Shown piece after piece: positions 1 through 10,982 of a stretch of 64,000 nucleotides of DNA. Below the pieces are notes generated by a model. The model was given only the letters and a program-made list of their open reading frames with translations, did not search any database and had not been told where the DNA came from. How positions within the stretch are numbered: the stretch's first letter is position 1; the number at the start of each line of letters is the position of its first letter. The position numbers were made by a program, and so were the translations under genes. The stretch covers positions 232,025 to 296,024 of the forward strand of contig NW_013657630.1 of NCBI RefSeq assembly GCF_000142905.1. The letters run 5' to 3'. This stretch comes from Thecamonas trahens ATCC 50062. Taxonomy: Eukaryota; Protista; Apusomonadida.

Positions 1-2
1 GC

Positions 3-3000
3 AACAGCCATGTCAATGGTCGCTTCCTCGGTAACTCGGGGCGGCTGAGCGAGCACAATCTCGACAACGAGGATGATGGCGAAGCGAGCGGCGGCGGGAG
101 CGGCGGATGGCGGAGCGATTCGCCGCTGGCACAGCTTGCAGTCAACGTCATTATTCTGGCGACAGTACCGGGCGCGTGGGCGTGCGGGCAGCTGCCGGGG
201 CACATCCGTGGGCCGCTGATGCCGTTTCTCGCGGTCGGCTTTGTGATGGCGCTCTCGCTCCGAGTGCCACGGGCGTATTTGTTGACGTACAAGTGCGTGA
301 CGGGAGCGGGCGGGCTTGTGGTGACTGGGCTTGCTGGCTCGCCGCCACTTCTTGCGGCCGCGGCGCTTGTTGCGTCTGGACTGTTGCACGCGGCGGCAGT
401 GCCGACGTTCCCACTCCATCCCGTGACGCCGGCGACGACTGCCGCGCTGATGATGCTTCTGGGTGTGTTTTTGGGCGCGACAGCGGCGCTGGGACAGATC
501 GGCATGGCGATTGGAGTGTTGGCCGGAGCCGGAGCCGGGCTTGCCACGTTTATCTACCTGGTGCAGCTCTCGTGGTACATGCAGGCGGTGCGGAAGTTGA
601 GGAGTCTCGTCCTGCGTGTGCCGCGACTGCCTGCCGCACATCCCGAGCTGAATGCCGTTTTCAGTGGGCTGGACAACGCGTACCAGGCGCTGTGCGTGGC
701 GGCTGTGGCGGTGGACGATAGTTTGCCACGGACTGCGGCGCTATCGATCGCACGGGCGCCGCTGGCGGTCTGGCCAGACGATGTGGCGCTTCAGATACTC
801 GCGTTGGGTATCGAGTGCTCGCGCTCGCCACCGCCACTGACGCAGGCGACTAAGAGCGCACTGGGGCGACTGCGGTCTGCAGCAGCCTTATCGTCTGACG
901 CGCAGCTGGCCATGCTGGCAGAAAAGGTGCTACCGACGTTCAAGGCGGACCACTTGCTGCGTATGGCGACCCGAGCGGTGATGTCTGAGCCCGAAGATGT
1001 GCTCGCGGCGGCTGAGTCGACGTTTTGGCTGGCGATTTTTGACGAGCGGCCAGCAACCGAGGTAGTCTCGGCGGCGCTTGAGTTTGCGGCGGCGCGTGAA
1101 CTGAGCCATGTTGCGCGGCCGCGGACGGACCTTGTGCGGCACACGTCACCGCGGCCAAAATCGTCTCCTTCGCTGCTCTCGCCGCAGCAGCAGCCGTCGG
1201 TGATGTCCCTGGAGACCACGTCTGCACACATGGTAAGTGGACAGACACCGGCAGAGCGGCCACGGGCGGCGCTAACAGTTGCTTTGGCGTGGTGGGCGCT
1301 GGCGGTGTTTGGCCTTGTTCTGGCGACGGCATTGGTGTTTGGCCACGGCCTGTTTGCGCGGTCTGCGCGGGTGGCGGTCGAGGTGAGCGACGCGACGCAC
1401 ATGCACGAGTGGGCAGCGCTCCACACGACGTTGCACGCACTAAGCCATGCTAAAAGGCCTGCATGGTTGAGCGAAGACGGACAAGAGCTTGTGGCGAGCA
1501 TCGCAGATCAAGTCCGTGCAGTCGCAGCGGCGCTCGACCGCAAGCACGATGCCGAGTGGGAGGCCTTGCGGATGACGGAGCACATTTCGTTGGGGCGGTT
1601 GGCGGCTGCGGTGGGCAAGGCAAGCAGCGGGAATGTAAGCGTGATGGCGGACGCGCTCCGTGTGTCAGGCGTGGGTGATCTGCTGGCGTCGATTCAGGAT
1701 GCACGTGTTCTCGAGGCCGACGAGCCGGAACTCGGACCTGTGGTTGGTGTCGGCTCTGTGGTTGCACTGAGCGCGGTGCTCTCGCTGCTGGCGCTTGTCA
1801 TTTCGACGGTGCCTGACGTGATTGTGGTGCCTGCGTTGAGCCAAGGCGCGGCGCTGATGCGCAAGTACATGACGCAGCTGCGGGAGCTGGCACCGAGCGA
1901 AGTTGCGCGGCGGATCAGACGGAGCCGGGCCAAGTGCTCGGCCTCGCATGCGTGGGATGTGCCGGGCAAGCTGCCGATGGCGCTAGACGCTGCTGCACTG
2001 GATGATGACGAAGCGGCGCTGCGGACCAAGGCGCTCGGGGTTGTGGTCATGCTCTGCTGCTCGGCGGCAGTGTTTGGCATGCTCATGGTGTGGACGTGGT
2101 CGGTGCATGGCATGGCTGCGCGTCGGTGCGAGGCATACGCATCGACACTGCACACGGTGTCGTCGACGTACGCGATGGCGTTGACGGCAGGGGCAACGAG
2201 CAGAGTGCGGCGCGGGGTGTACAAGGCGTATGAGCTTGCGCTGGAGCCTGCAACGGCAAACCTGTCGTCACGGTGGGAGATGCTCGCGGCGGTGCCTTAC
2301 GGGATCATAGCACAGCACGAGCAGGTGACGGTGCTGGAGACGCTGCGGCCTGTGGCGGTGTATGTGGCGGCACTCGAGGCGCTAGGGCGCGCGTCTTCTG
2401 TGGCACCGGACGAGGGGACGCTGTCGAGTCTGGCGGATGCGGCGCGCACAGCGGTGCTCGAAGGACTGAAGGCGGAGCTGGCGATAGAGGCTCGTGTGCG
2501 GTGGGGAGCGCTCACGCTGCCGGCGATAGCGCTTGTTCTGACAGGCGTCGCGGTGTGGCTCCAGCCGCTGCTTGCAGCGCACTACTGGTGGCTGAGGCGC
2601 CTGGAGGAGTGCAACAAAGCGCTGCAGGCGCTGGTGCCGAGCTCGAGCGGTGGTGCCAAGCGCAGCAGCGACATAAGCGCCGAGCTGGCGCTGAATGCTT
2701 TCGGTGATGCAGCGCTGGTGTGCGAGTACTCGAGCGCGGTGGTGATGGCCAACGCAGAGGCCGGGCGACTGTTTGGGGCAAGCAGTCCGGAGGAGCTACA
2801 TGGTTTGCTCCTCTCCGAGCTGGTGTCTGACCCGAGTACGCCGCTGGATCTAGTGTCCAGCTCGTCGTCGCTGGCGTGTCGCGCACGGCGGCTGGACGGC
2901 ACAACGTTTGACTGCCAGCTCTCGTGTGAGACGGGCGGCGCGGCTGGGTCGCAGCGTGAGTCGAACGGGTTCCTCTTTGTGACTGCGCGGGATGTGAGCT

Positions 3001-5534
3001 CGCAACGGGCGGCGTCTGTGCGCGCGTGCGAGTTTCTGCTTCGGTCGACGCCGTACGGGCTGTTTATGTGGGATCCGATGGAGGAGGAGGGCTGGTACTC
3101 GGAGGCTGTGTCTGACATCTTGGGCGTGCCAACATCGACGGATGCCTCGCCCGAGGCGCTGCTACAGCGGGCGCTGATGCCTGCGGACTGGATTGTGATC
3201 CAAGGCGCGCTGGAGGATCTCGCACGGCGGATGCAGGGCCGCGGGCGGCGGCGGCGGTCAACCAAGGGCGAATCGTGGCCGGTGTATGTGCACCCAAACT
3301 TGTCGGCGCGGTTTGGCAACAAGCTCACTATGGACAGTGTGCTTTCTGCGCATCCTGAGCTCCGCGAGCGGTCTATGGCACAGTCGCCGTGCTTTTCTGC
3401 GCTTGTGCGGATTAGCGCTGGGCGTGCTGTGCGGTACGTTGAGCTGTGCGTGACGTACCGGAACGTGGTGCTTGCAGGCTCGCTCCACGACGTGACGGCG
3501 AGTGTGACACGGGCGCTGTCGATGGGCAGCGGCGAGGCTGAGCCGTCGTCGGGCGTTGTGCTCTCGCACCACTTTCTGGCCGAGGCCTCGCACGAGATTG
3601 TGATGCCGCTGCACGCGATCATCTCAGCGTCGACAGCACTTGCGGCTGCGGATGACGGCAACGAGCAGCAGATGCGATTTGCACAGTCTGTGGCGTCATG
3701 CGCGCGGCAGCTGCAGAGTCTGCTGTGGGACGTGACGGTGTACTCGCGAATGGGCGAGGGCAAGCTTGTGTTCCAGTCGCATGCATTCGAGGTGCGGCCG
3801 CGGCTGGCGCACACTCTCGCGTTTGCGGTGGAGGCGTGCGCGGAGAAGGACGTGGAGCTTGCGGTTGTGGTCGACCCGCGGCTGCCGCAGACGCTCAAGG
3901 GCGACGGGTCGGCTCTGGCCAAGGTTGTGGAGAACGTGGTGCGGGCAGCGGTGCGGCGGACGAGTCAAGGTGTGGTTGTGGTGGAGGCGATGGCACAGGA
4001 CCAGCTCGAGGCCGGGTCCGAGCTTGCCGCGTCGCTCCCTGCCACCGCGCAGGAGACAGACAGTGACGAGATCATGCTTGTGGTGCGCGTGGCCGAGACG
4101 TCGCCGGGCCTGTCCACGGCCGAGTCACAGGCGCTGCTGGGCCACATGCAGTCTGTGGGCGGCGGCGACACGCTTGCGCTCACCATCTGCCACCAGGTGG
4201 TGACGATGATGGGCGGGAAGCTTGGGGTGGCGAAGGAGGCCGAGACAAGCTCTGTGTGGTTCACGCTTCCGATGGAGGTTGTGGAGTCGTCGCTGACGTC
4301 GTCGGATTTGATGACAGTCTCGATGTCGCGGCAGGCCGAGCTCGATGGCGAGGGCGAGCGAAAGGGGCAGCGGGGCGGCGCAGCACTGGAGCTCGAGCCG
4401 TCGCTGGAGCGGGTGCTCCTCTTCCACCCTATCCCGGCGATGGTTTCTGCCCTCACGACGGTCTTCCGGGCACTTTCACTCGACTCGGTGGTGGCAACGT
4501 CGCGGGTGGAGTTTCTCTTCAAAGCGTCGACGGTGGGACGGCGAGGAACGGTATTTGTCATCGACGAAGGCTCGACGTCGCTCAACATGGCATGGGCGCT
4601 GTCCAAAGTGGCGGCAACGTACCCGGACGTGCCGATGGTGCTGATGTGCTCGGAGAGCTCTGTGTACCGGTTCGAGGCGATGCTTGGACCGCTGGCGGCG
4701 ACGGTGACCAAGCCGCTTACCTCGTTTGCGCTGCTTGAGGCGCTCCACGCAGTGAGTCGTGCGGTGGGCAAGGGCGGGGCGACGTCGCTGGCGGAAACAC
4801 CAGGGACAAACGCCGTCTCTGAGTCGGACTTGATGAACATGCTGCAGGCGGCGACGACCGAGTCGCTGTCGAATGACGGGTCGGACGTTCCAAACGGGTC
4901 ACGGAAGCAGTCCAGAGGCTCCAATCGGCGGAAGAAGAAGCGGCGGCGGCGGCGGCGGACGTCCAAGGGTCTCGACGCCATGTCTGGCAAGAGCACGACC
5001 GAGGCTGCGGCAGGCGACTCGTCGCTCGCGCGCGACATGGTGGAGAACGGCAACCGCAGCGCGGGTGGAGCGAGCAAGGGCCACGTTCTGCTTGTGGAGG
5101 ACGACACGGTGAACCAGATCATGGCGACGGTAATGATTCAGGAAGTTGGGTTTACGGTCGACACTGCCGAGAACGGGCTGCAGTGCGTGGACAAGGTCCG
5201 GGCAGACAGCGAGGGCAAGATCGACATCATTCTTATGGACTGCGTCATGCCCGAGATGGACGGGTACGAGGCGACCGAACTCATCCGCAAGATCGAGTCC
5301 GAATCGCATCCGCGGCGAGTCCCAGTCACCATCATTGCCTGCACCGCCCTCTCGCCGTCCGAGGTGCGATCGCGGTGCTTCCTCGCCGGAATGGATGACT
5401 TTGTGAGCAAGCCGATCCAGCACACGGCACTTGCAGACAAACTCCACCTCCACATGCAGAAGCGGAAGAATCGCCTTCAGCCTGCTGTCATCAACGATGC
5501 GTCGTCGTCATCGACATCGGCCGTCGTGTCGTAA
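3..5534 (+). CDS. Membrane-anchored hybrid sensor histidine kinase (multi-TM, PAS x2, HisKA, degenerate HATPase, degenerate REC, intact C-terminal REC); 5'-partial
   Basis: The frame of ORF 219..5534 is open back to position 3. PAS-like segments: ALNAFGDAALV..VMANAEAGRLFG..ELHG..RRLDGTTF and a second at ~3040-3500. H-box: FLAEASHEIVMPLHAII. Receiver: VLLVEDDTVNQ..DIILMDCVMPEMDGYEAT..CTA..GMDDFVSKP. Several hydrophobic helices at the N-terminus. Confidence 0.88.
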   Translation, partial: NSHVNGRFLGNSGRLSEHNLDNEDDGEASGGGSGGWRSDSPLAQLAVNVIILATVPGAWACGQLPGHIRGPLMPFLAVGFVMALSLRVPRAYLLTYKCVTGAGGLVVTGLAGSPPLLAAAALVASGLLHAAAVPTFPLHPVTPATTAALMMLLGVFLGATAALGQIGMAIGVLAGAGAGLATFIYLVQLSWYMQAVRKLRSLVLRVPRLPAAHPELNAVFSGLDNAYQALCVAAVAVDDSLPRTAALSIARAPLAVWPDDVALQILALGIECSRSPPPLTQATKSALGRLRSAAALSSDAQLAMLAEKVLPTFKADHLLRMATRAVMSEPEDVLAAAESTFWLAIFDERPATEVVSAALEFAAARELSHVARPRTDLVRHTSPRPKSSPSLLSPQQQPSVMSLETTSAHMVSGQTPAERPRAALTVALAWWALAVFGLVLATALVFGHGLFARSARVAVEVSDATHMHEWAALHTTLHALSHAKRPAWLSEDGQELVASIADQVRAVAAALDRKHDAEWEALRMTEHISLGRLAAAVGKASSGNVSVMADALRVSGVGDLLASIQDARVLEADEPELGPVVGVGSVVALSAVLSLLALVISTVPDVIVVPALSQGAALMRKYMTQLRELAPSEVARRIRRSRAKCSASHAWDVPGKLPMALDAAALDDDEAALRTKALGVVVMLCCSAAVFGMLMVWTWSVHGMAARRCEAYASTLHTVSSTYAMALTAGATSRVRRGVYKAYELALEPATANLSSRWEMLAAVPYGIIAQHEQVTVLETLRPVAVYVAALEALGRASSVAPDEGTLSSLADAARTAVLEGLKAELAIEARVRWGALTLPAIALVLTGVAVWLQPLLAAHYWWLRRLEECNKALQALVPSSSGGAKRSSDISAELALNAFGDAALVCEYSSAVVMANAEAGRLFGASSPEELHGLLLSELVSDPSTPLDLVSSSSSLACRARRLDGTTFDCQLSCETGGAAGSQRESNGFLFVTARDVSSQRAASVRACEFLLRSTPYGLFMWDPMEEEGWYSEAVSDILGVPTSTDASPEALLQRALMPADWIVIQGALEDLARRMQGRGRRRRSTKGESWPVYVHPNLSARFGNKLTMDSVLSAHPELRERSMAQSPCFSALVRISAGRAVRYVELCVTYRNVVLAGSLHDVTASVTRALSMGSGEAEPSSGVVLSHHFLAEASHEIVMPLHAIISASTALAAADDGNEQQMRFAQSVASCARQLQSLLWDVTVYSRMGEGKLVFQSHAFEVRPRLAHTLAFAVEACAEKDVELAVVVDPRLPQTLKGDGSALAKVVENVVRAAVRRTSQGVVVVEAMAQDQLEAGSELAASLPATAQETDSDEIMLVVRVAETSPGLSTAESQALLGHMQSVGGGDTLALTICHQVVTMMGGKLGVAKEAETSSVWFTLPMEVVESSLTSSDLMTVSMSRQAELDGEGERKGQRGGAALELEPSLERVLLFHPIPAMVSALTTVFRALSLDSVVATSRVEFLFKASTVGRRGTVFVIDEGSTSLNMAWALSKVAATYPDVPMVLMCSESSVYRFEAMLGPLAATVTKPLTSFALLEALHAVSRAVGKGGATSLAETPGTNAVSESDLMNMLQAATTESLSNDGSDVPNGSRKQSRGSNRRKKKRRRRRRTSKGLDAMSGKSTTEAAAGDSSLARDMVENGNRSAGGASKGHVLLVEDDTVNQIMATVMIQEVGFTVDTAENGLQCVDKVRADSEGKIDIILMDCVMPEMDGYEATELIRKIESESHPRRVPVTIIACTALSPSEVRSRCFLAGMDDFVSKPIQHTALADKLHLHMQKRKNRLQPAVINDASSSSTSAVVS

Positions 5535-5968
5535 ACGAATCCACCGACGCTTATGCGCACTTGCTGCGTGTTTTTAGCCAGCGCTAGATGTGGTCATCAT
5601 CAACAACCAGTCGTGTCTCCTCTGCAGCTGTTGTGGGAAGCTAGATCGAGTCGGCAGAGTCAGAAGCGGGACGAGAGTGTGTGCGAGTCGGCCAGCAGAG
5701 ACAGTGTCGGTGTTTTTCTTTTCTCATTTTTTTCTCTATTTTTCCTTCCTCCCTCCCCGCATTGGCGAAAAGGGCACACAAATGCTATTATGGCGACTCT
5801 CCGGCGGCGGTGGCATTCATTTTGTGGCCAGGTGGCGAGGAGAGCGAGAGCGACAACGGGCACGGAAGGGGAGGGAGGGGAGGGGGGGGGGGGGGGACGG
5901 GGCAACACTTGACTCGAGCCAAAGCAAGAAGAGACAGAGAAAGGGTTCAGGGGAAAGTCTAGCTGGTC

Positions 5969-8900
5969 ATGCCCAAGCGTCGTGTCGATGACGTTGCGGA
6001 GGAAGAGCGCAGGTATGCCTCGGTGACCGCCGAGGTACAAATGGCGGCTGAGAACAAAACGGGCCAAAGTGCCGGCGACGGCATTGGCGGTGCTGGCGGT
6101 AGTGCTGGCGGCGACGGCGGTGGTGGAGACGGTCGACGTGTGCGACGGAAAACATTGGCAAAATCATCGACGGATCCATCGACGGACCCATCGACGGACC
6201 CATCGACGGACCCATCGACGGACCCATCGACTTCTGTGGCGCCGATGGATGTTGCCGCTGCTGGCGGTGGTCCTGCATCGTCGTCAAGCACGAGTACGAG
6301 GACGAGAGCAAGGACAGGGGCACGGTCTGGGGCTAGGCAAGGTGGGGGAGATGATGGCTTGGTGATGGCAAGTGGTGGGCAGGATCAGCAGGATCAGCAT
6401 GTTGATCTTGATGATTTGGTCAAGGAGCGAATTGCCCACGCTGAGTTGGAGCGTGCGAAGCAGAAGCAAGCTCTGGCCCAGGCTCTTGCCAAGGACGGTA
6501 CGGTTGTGTGTGTGTGTGTGTGTGTGTGTGTGTCTGTGTGTGTGTGTGTGTGTGTCTGTGTCTGTCTGTGTGTGTGCGGTCCGCATGGATCATGGCTTTG
6601 ATGAAAGGGGATGGGAGTTGGGTGCGGGTGGAGGGTAGGCACTCGTACAGCACTAACTTGGATGATGAACTGTGTTGGGAACGTGTGGCGCGCACGCATC
6701 AGATGCCGAAGCTGCGGACGATGGCGATCCAAAAGCAGGCACTTATCCGCTTGACGCGCCCAAGGCCGGAGTGGTCGAGAACGTGACGATGTACAACTTT
6801 ATGGCGTTCGACAAGCTGGAGGTGGACCTGGGGCCTAAAGTCAACTTTATCGCGGGCTCGAACGGGTCGGGCAAGTCAACGATTGTGACGGCGCTGATGG
6901 TGGGCCTGGGTGCGTCGGCGGCACGGACCGGGCGCGGGGCGTCGCTGACGGCACTGGTGGGCGAGTCTGACGAGACGGCGATTGTGCGCGTCCGGCTCAA
7001 CAACCGTGGGCACGGGGCGTACCGGTTCGGAACGTACGGTGAGAGCGTAACCGTGGAACGGATGCTGATCAAGGCGAACGGCGGGTCGCGGTACCGGCTG
7101 ATGGGCGCGGATGGCAAGGCGAAGAGCAGGGAAGCCAAAGAGCTGCGGGCGATGCTCGACCACTTTTGCATCGACATCGAAAACCCGTACTGCGTCCTCG
7201 ACCAGACGACGTCGGTCGAGTTTATGTCCAAGCACACGCCAGTGGATCTGTACAAGCTGTTCTTTACCGGAAGTGGTCTCCAGAAGCTGGAGAGCAACGT
7301 GGAGTCTGCACGGCGCGATGTGACGCAGATGCGGCAGACGTACGACCACAAGGTTGCGCACGAGCGGCCAGAGATTCTGAAGAAGCGTGACGAGGCACGA
7401 GTCAAGTTTAATGCAATCAGGAGCCAGCGCGAACAGTTGCTCGCGCTCAACCAAGCCAAGAGAGGGTACGCGTGGGCTAGCGTGCGCGAGTTCGAGGTGT
7501 CGTGCGCCAAGCGGGCGACGAAGATGGAATCCATCACCTTGAGCAAGTCTCGGCTCATGGCCAAGCTGAAAAAGTGCCAGGAGCGGCTGGAAGCGGCCCA
7601 GGCGGCCAATGGGAAGGCCGTGGCCAACATCGAGCGCATTGGCCAGGAGGTCAGGGCAACGACCGAGGCCGTCAAGCAGGCGCGAGATGACCTGCGGGTG
7701 GCGGAGCGTAGGAAGATGATGGTGAGCAGCAATCTGAGAGGGCACGAGGCGACTCTCAAGGACCTGTCGCTCGCAAAGGTGTCGTTTGAGCAGCAGATTG
7801 CCGCAATCGAGAACAAGATCTGCGCCAAGTCAGGCTCGCTTGCTGTGTACATGCAGCAGCAGGAGCGCGACAGCGTCTTGCTCGGCGAGGAACTGAGAGG
7901 AGCAAGCGCGGAGCTCGAGGCGACCAACGCGAGGTACCAGAGCGTTTTGGCCGAGAAGCACGCTGTCAGTGCACTGATGGAGGAGGCCAAGAATGAGCAC
8001 GCGTCTGCGAGGCGCGAGCTGTTGCACATCAAGGACGAGAGGGCGCAGCTGGAGGCATCAGCCAACAAGCGACTGGCACGGTTTGCGCCGCGGCGCGGTG
8101 ACGTGGTCCAGCTGGTGGCGATGATTGACAAGGCTGCGTCACGCGGCGAGTTTACCCAACATCCGCTGGGCCCGATCGGGCACATCATCAAGATACAGGG
8201 TGGGAGCAAGTGGCTGAAACCTGTGGAGCATCACTTGAGCAAGGAGCTCATGGCGTTTGTAGTGGCAACGCGGGAAGACGAGGGGCTGGTGTGGAAGCTG
8301 TCGCGCGCGTGTGGGTACATGGCCAAGGTAACGACGATCCGGACGGCGTTCCGCGACGAGGTCTACGACACGCGCAGCCGGCGGCCAGGCCAGGGCATCC
8401 TCACCATGCTCGACGTGATCCGCGGCCCGGCTGTGATTCTCAACGTGCTCATCGACATGTGCAGCATCGAAGCGCACGCGCTGGTCGAGACGTCCAGCGA
8501 CGGCAAGGCATTGATGCACACCGGGAGCGCGAGCCGGCGAGCGAATGTCCGCGCTGCGTGGACGCCCAAAGGCAACAGGTTCGAAAATCGGAACGGTAGT
8601 AAGATACATTACCGGGCCCACAACCGAACGCTGCTGCTCGGCTCGATGTCGTCGTCGCTCGAGGGACTCAAGAAGCGGGCGGCCGAGGCTAGCGCGGCCA
8701 GGGAGCAGGCGGCCGAGAGCTTGCGGAGCATGCAGGCCAGAAGCGACGCCCTGGGGCACATGTTGACGAACGCCAAGCGTGAGCGGGATCAGGCCACCAC
8801 TAAGGTGACTTCGCTCGAGAAACAGCTGGAGAAGTTGACCGAGACCGACGACTCGCTGCTCGGCGACGACCTTGCCTCGGAAAAGTCGCATCTTGAGCTC

Positions 8901-9883
8901 GTGCTGTTGCGTTTGGCAAAGGTCCAGGCGGCGGTTGAGGAGCAGCGGGCAAAGCTGGATGAGGCCGAGGCTGAGGCGGTGAGTGCGAAGAAGCAAATCA
9001 AGGAGCTTTCGGCGCATCGGACGGAGATGGCCAACGAGACGCGTGCGGCCAATGAGGAGGTCTACAAGGCGACGGAGGCTCTGGTCTCTGCAGACCACAA
9101 GTTGAAGAGCTACCAGGCGAAGCTAGAGAAGAACAACCAGAAGCACAGTGTTACAAAGGCCTCTCTCTTGGAGTTGGAACGCAAGGTGAAGGACATGATC
9201 AAGGCTGCGCAGAAAATGGGCGAGCGCGTCGAGACGAAGCTCAGCCAGAGCGAGGCACGAGACGAGGTGGTGCGGCTTAAGGAACACCTCAAGCGGCATC
9301 GCGACAGCTACGGCGACACGGCGACGATTTTGGCCAACTATCGCAGCTGGCGTGCTCGGGTGACGTCCATCGACAAGCACCTCGCCGAGGTCATGGCCGA
9401 CATGGATGCGCTGGAGGCAACGATCAAAGAGCTCGAGAAGCGCAGAGACAAGTACAAGCGTCAGGCCAAGGGCAAGATCCATCGGCTTTTGGCCGTCTGC
9501 TCCAAGTCTCGGCGTTTGTGGGTGAGCTCGACTTTGACGACGACAGGCGCAAGCTCAACCTGCTGGTCGCGGTCAACAACTCGCGTGACGGGACGAAGCG
9601 GCCGGTCAAAGACCTCTCTGGAGGTGAGCGGTCGATGGTCATGGTCGCGTACCTCCTTTCGCTCTGGCATGTCATCGGTGGGCCGTTTGGCGTCATGGAC
9701 GAGGCCGACGTCTTTATGGACGTCGCCAACCGAGCGGTATCCATGGAGATCATGGTCAAGATGACCCGCAAGCAAGTCGGCATGCAGACCATCTTTCTCG
9801 TGCCTGACGCCACAAACGTGCCAACCGGCGAGGGCAACGACGACGTCACCATGTTTGTCATGCCTGGCCAGGCGCAGCGGTAA
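5969..9883 (+). CDS. SMC6: Structural maintenance of chromosomes protein 6; exon 5969-6497, intron 6498-6702, exon 6703-9883 with a -1 frame break at ~9486-9490
   Basis: Walker A GSNGSGKS, hinge (PLGPIG), coiled coils, signature LSGGERS and Walker B MDEADVFMD (SMC6-type DEFDVFMD). Joining the frames gives KIHRLFGRLLQVSAFVGELDFDDDRRKLNL. The intron has a GTACGG donor, a CACTAAC branch site at 6651-6657 and a CAG acceptor, with phases matching. Confidence 0.9.
6165..6230 (+). repeat. 12-bp coding tandem repeat (CATCGACGGACC; STDP x5) in SMC6 exon 1
   Basis: Directly visible, about 5 copies; translates as STDPSTDPSTDP. Confidence 0.9.
6506..6576. repeat. (GT)n microsatellite within the SMC6 intron
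   Basis: Directly visible. Confidence 0.95.
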
Positions 9884-10591
9884 ATATGTGGCCGATGCGT
9901 GGGTGGAGAGAGGCCCAATCGCCCTCGTTTCCTGAGCTGATCTGGCGGCAGCTGCTGTGGCCGATGCGAGCGTGCTGATGCCAAGGTGGACGCCTACTGA
10001 ATGGCCATAATGCGACCCCATGACATAAAGAGGTAGACCGCAGCTGTTGCAGTCCCCCAGATAGCGGCACTCCAGCCAGGCATGGGGAACTCGCCCGATG
10101 TGTATGAGGCCGAGAGGACAACACCAAAGAGTGAGCCGAGGGCCAAACCAGTAAATGCACCGACGATAGCAAAGCCAAAGGGAAAGAGTAGTGCAGAAAG
10201 ATGCTCACGAAACGTATATAACGCCACACATCCAGCCATAAAGTAGATCTGTCCCGATGGCATTCCATAATTTCCATAATGAGTATACCCATGCCCATCA
10301 TGCATGACATGACGTAGTGCCTCTCCCCCGACTCTCTCTCTCTCTCTAACACATACTGTTGTGCACACCACAAGCACCCACACCATGACATGGACCCAGA
10401 TGTCAGTGAACGACACCAGAGTTCGGGAGAAGATGTCGTCGAGCATGTGGCTCTCTCTCCCGCCACCGCTACCGCCTCTTCTGCCTGCGAGCTAGCGGCT
10501 CTGTTGGGGGGGGGCGGCAGTAGAGGGCTTGTCGTCGCTGCCACTATGAACACTACGAGAAACAATCGAGAGTTGATGAGTGCAACAAGAG

Positions 10592-10774
10592 ACAATCGAT
10601 GAGGCTGTGAACGATAACCTTAACGTGTCACAATCGATGGACGATCGCGATCGATAAGACCAACGTGCTACAATCGATAAACGATAAAACTGACGTGCTA
10701 CAATCGATATACGATAAAACCAACGTGCTACAATCGATGTACGATAAAACCAACGTGCTACAATCGATAAAACG
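10592..10774. repeat. 30-bp AT-rich minisatellite (ACGATAAAACCAACGTGCTACAATCGATAN), 4 good plus about 2 degenerate copies
   Basis: Period-30 copies at 10651, 10681, 10711 and 10741; degenerate copies at ~10592 and 10611. Confidence 0.9.
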
Positions 10775-10844
10775 CTGTCTCAGGTCAGTTGCAACGCTGG
10801 CGAAGCGACGGCAGTCGACTCCCCCCCTCACCTCTCCCCCCCCC

Positions 10845-10943
10845 NNNNNNNNNNNNNNNNNNNNNNNNNNNNNNNNNNNNNNNNNNNNNNNNNNNNNNNN
10901 NNNNNNNNNNNNNNNNNNNNNNNNNNNNNNNNNNNNNNNNNNN
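10845..10943. other. Assembly gap flanked by poly-C tracts
   Basis: N run. Confidence 1.
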
Positions 10944-10982
10944 NCCCCCCCCCCCCCCCCCCCCCCTTCCACCGCCCAAACC

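Noticed and set aside
9470-9520. Tiny introns as the explanation for the frame breaks
   Set aside because: At SMC6 and several other sites a single added base gives continuous plausible protein. I saw no consistent GTACG..AG pair at the junctions.
9486-9883. SMC6 (and MYCBP2) as pseudogenes
   Set aside because: Motifs downstream of the breaks are well conserved and there are no in-frame stops or other decay; single-base errors or recoding fit better.
10592-10774. CRISPR-like array (30-bp repeats with palindromic cores)
   Set aside because: Units are head-to-tail with no unique spacers, there are no cas genes, and the context is eukaryotic.
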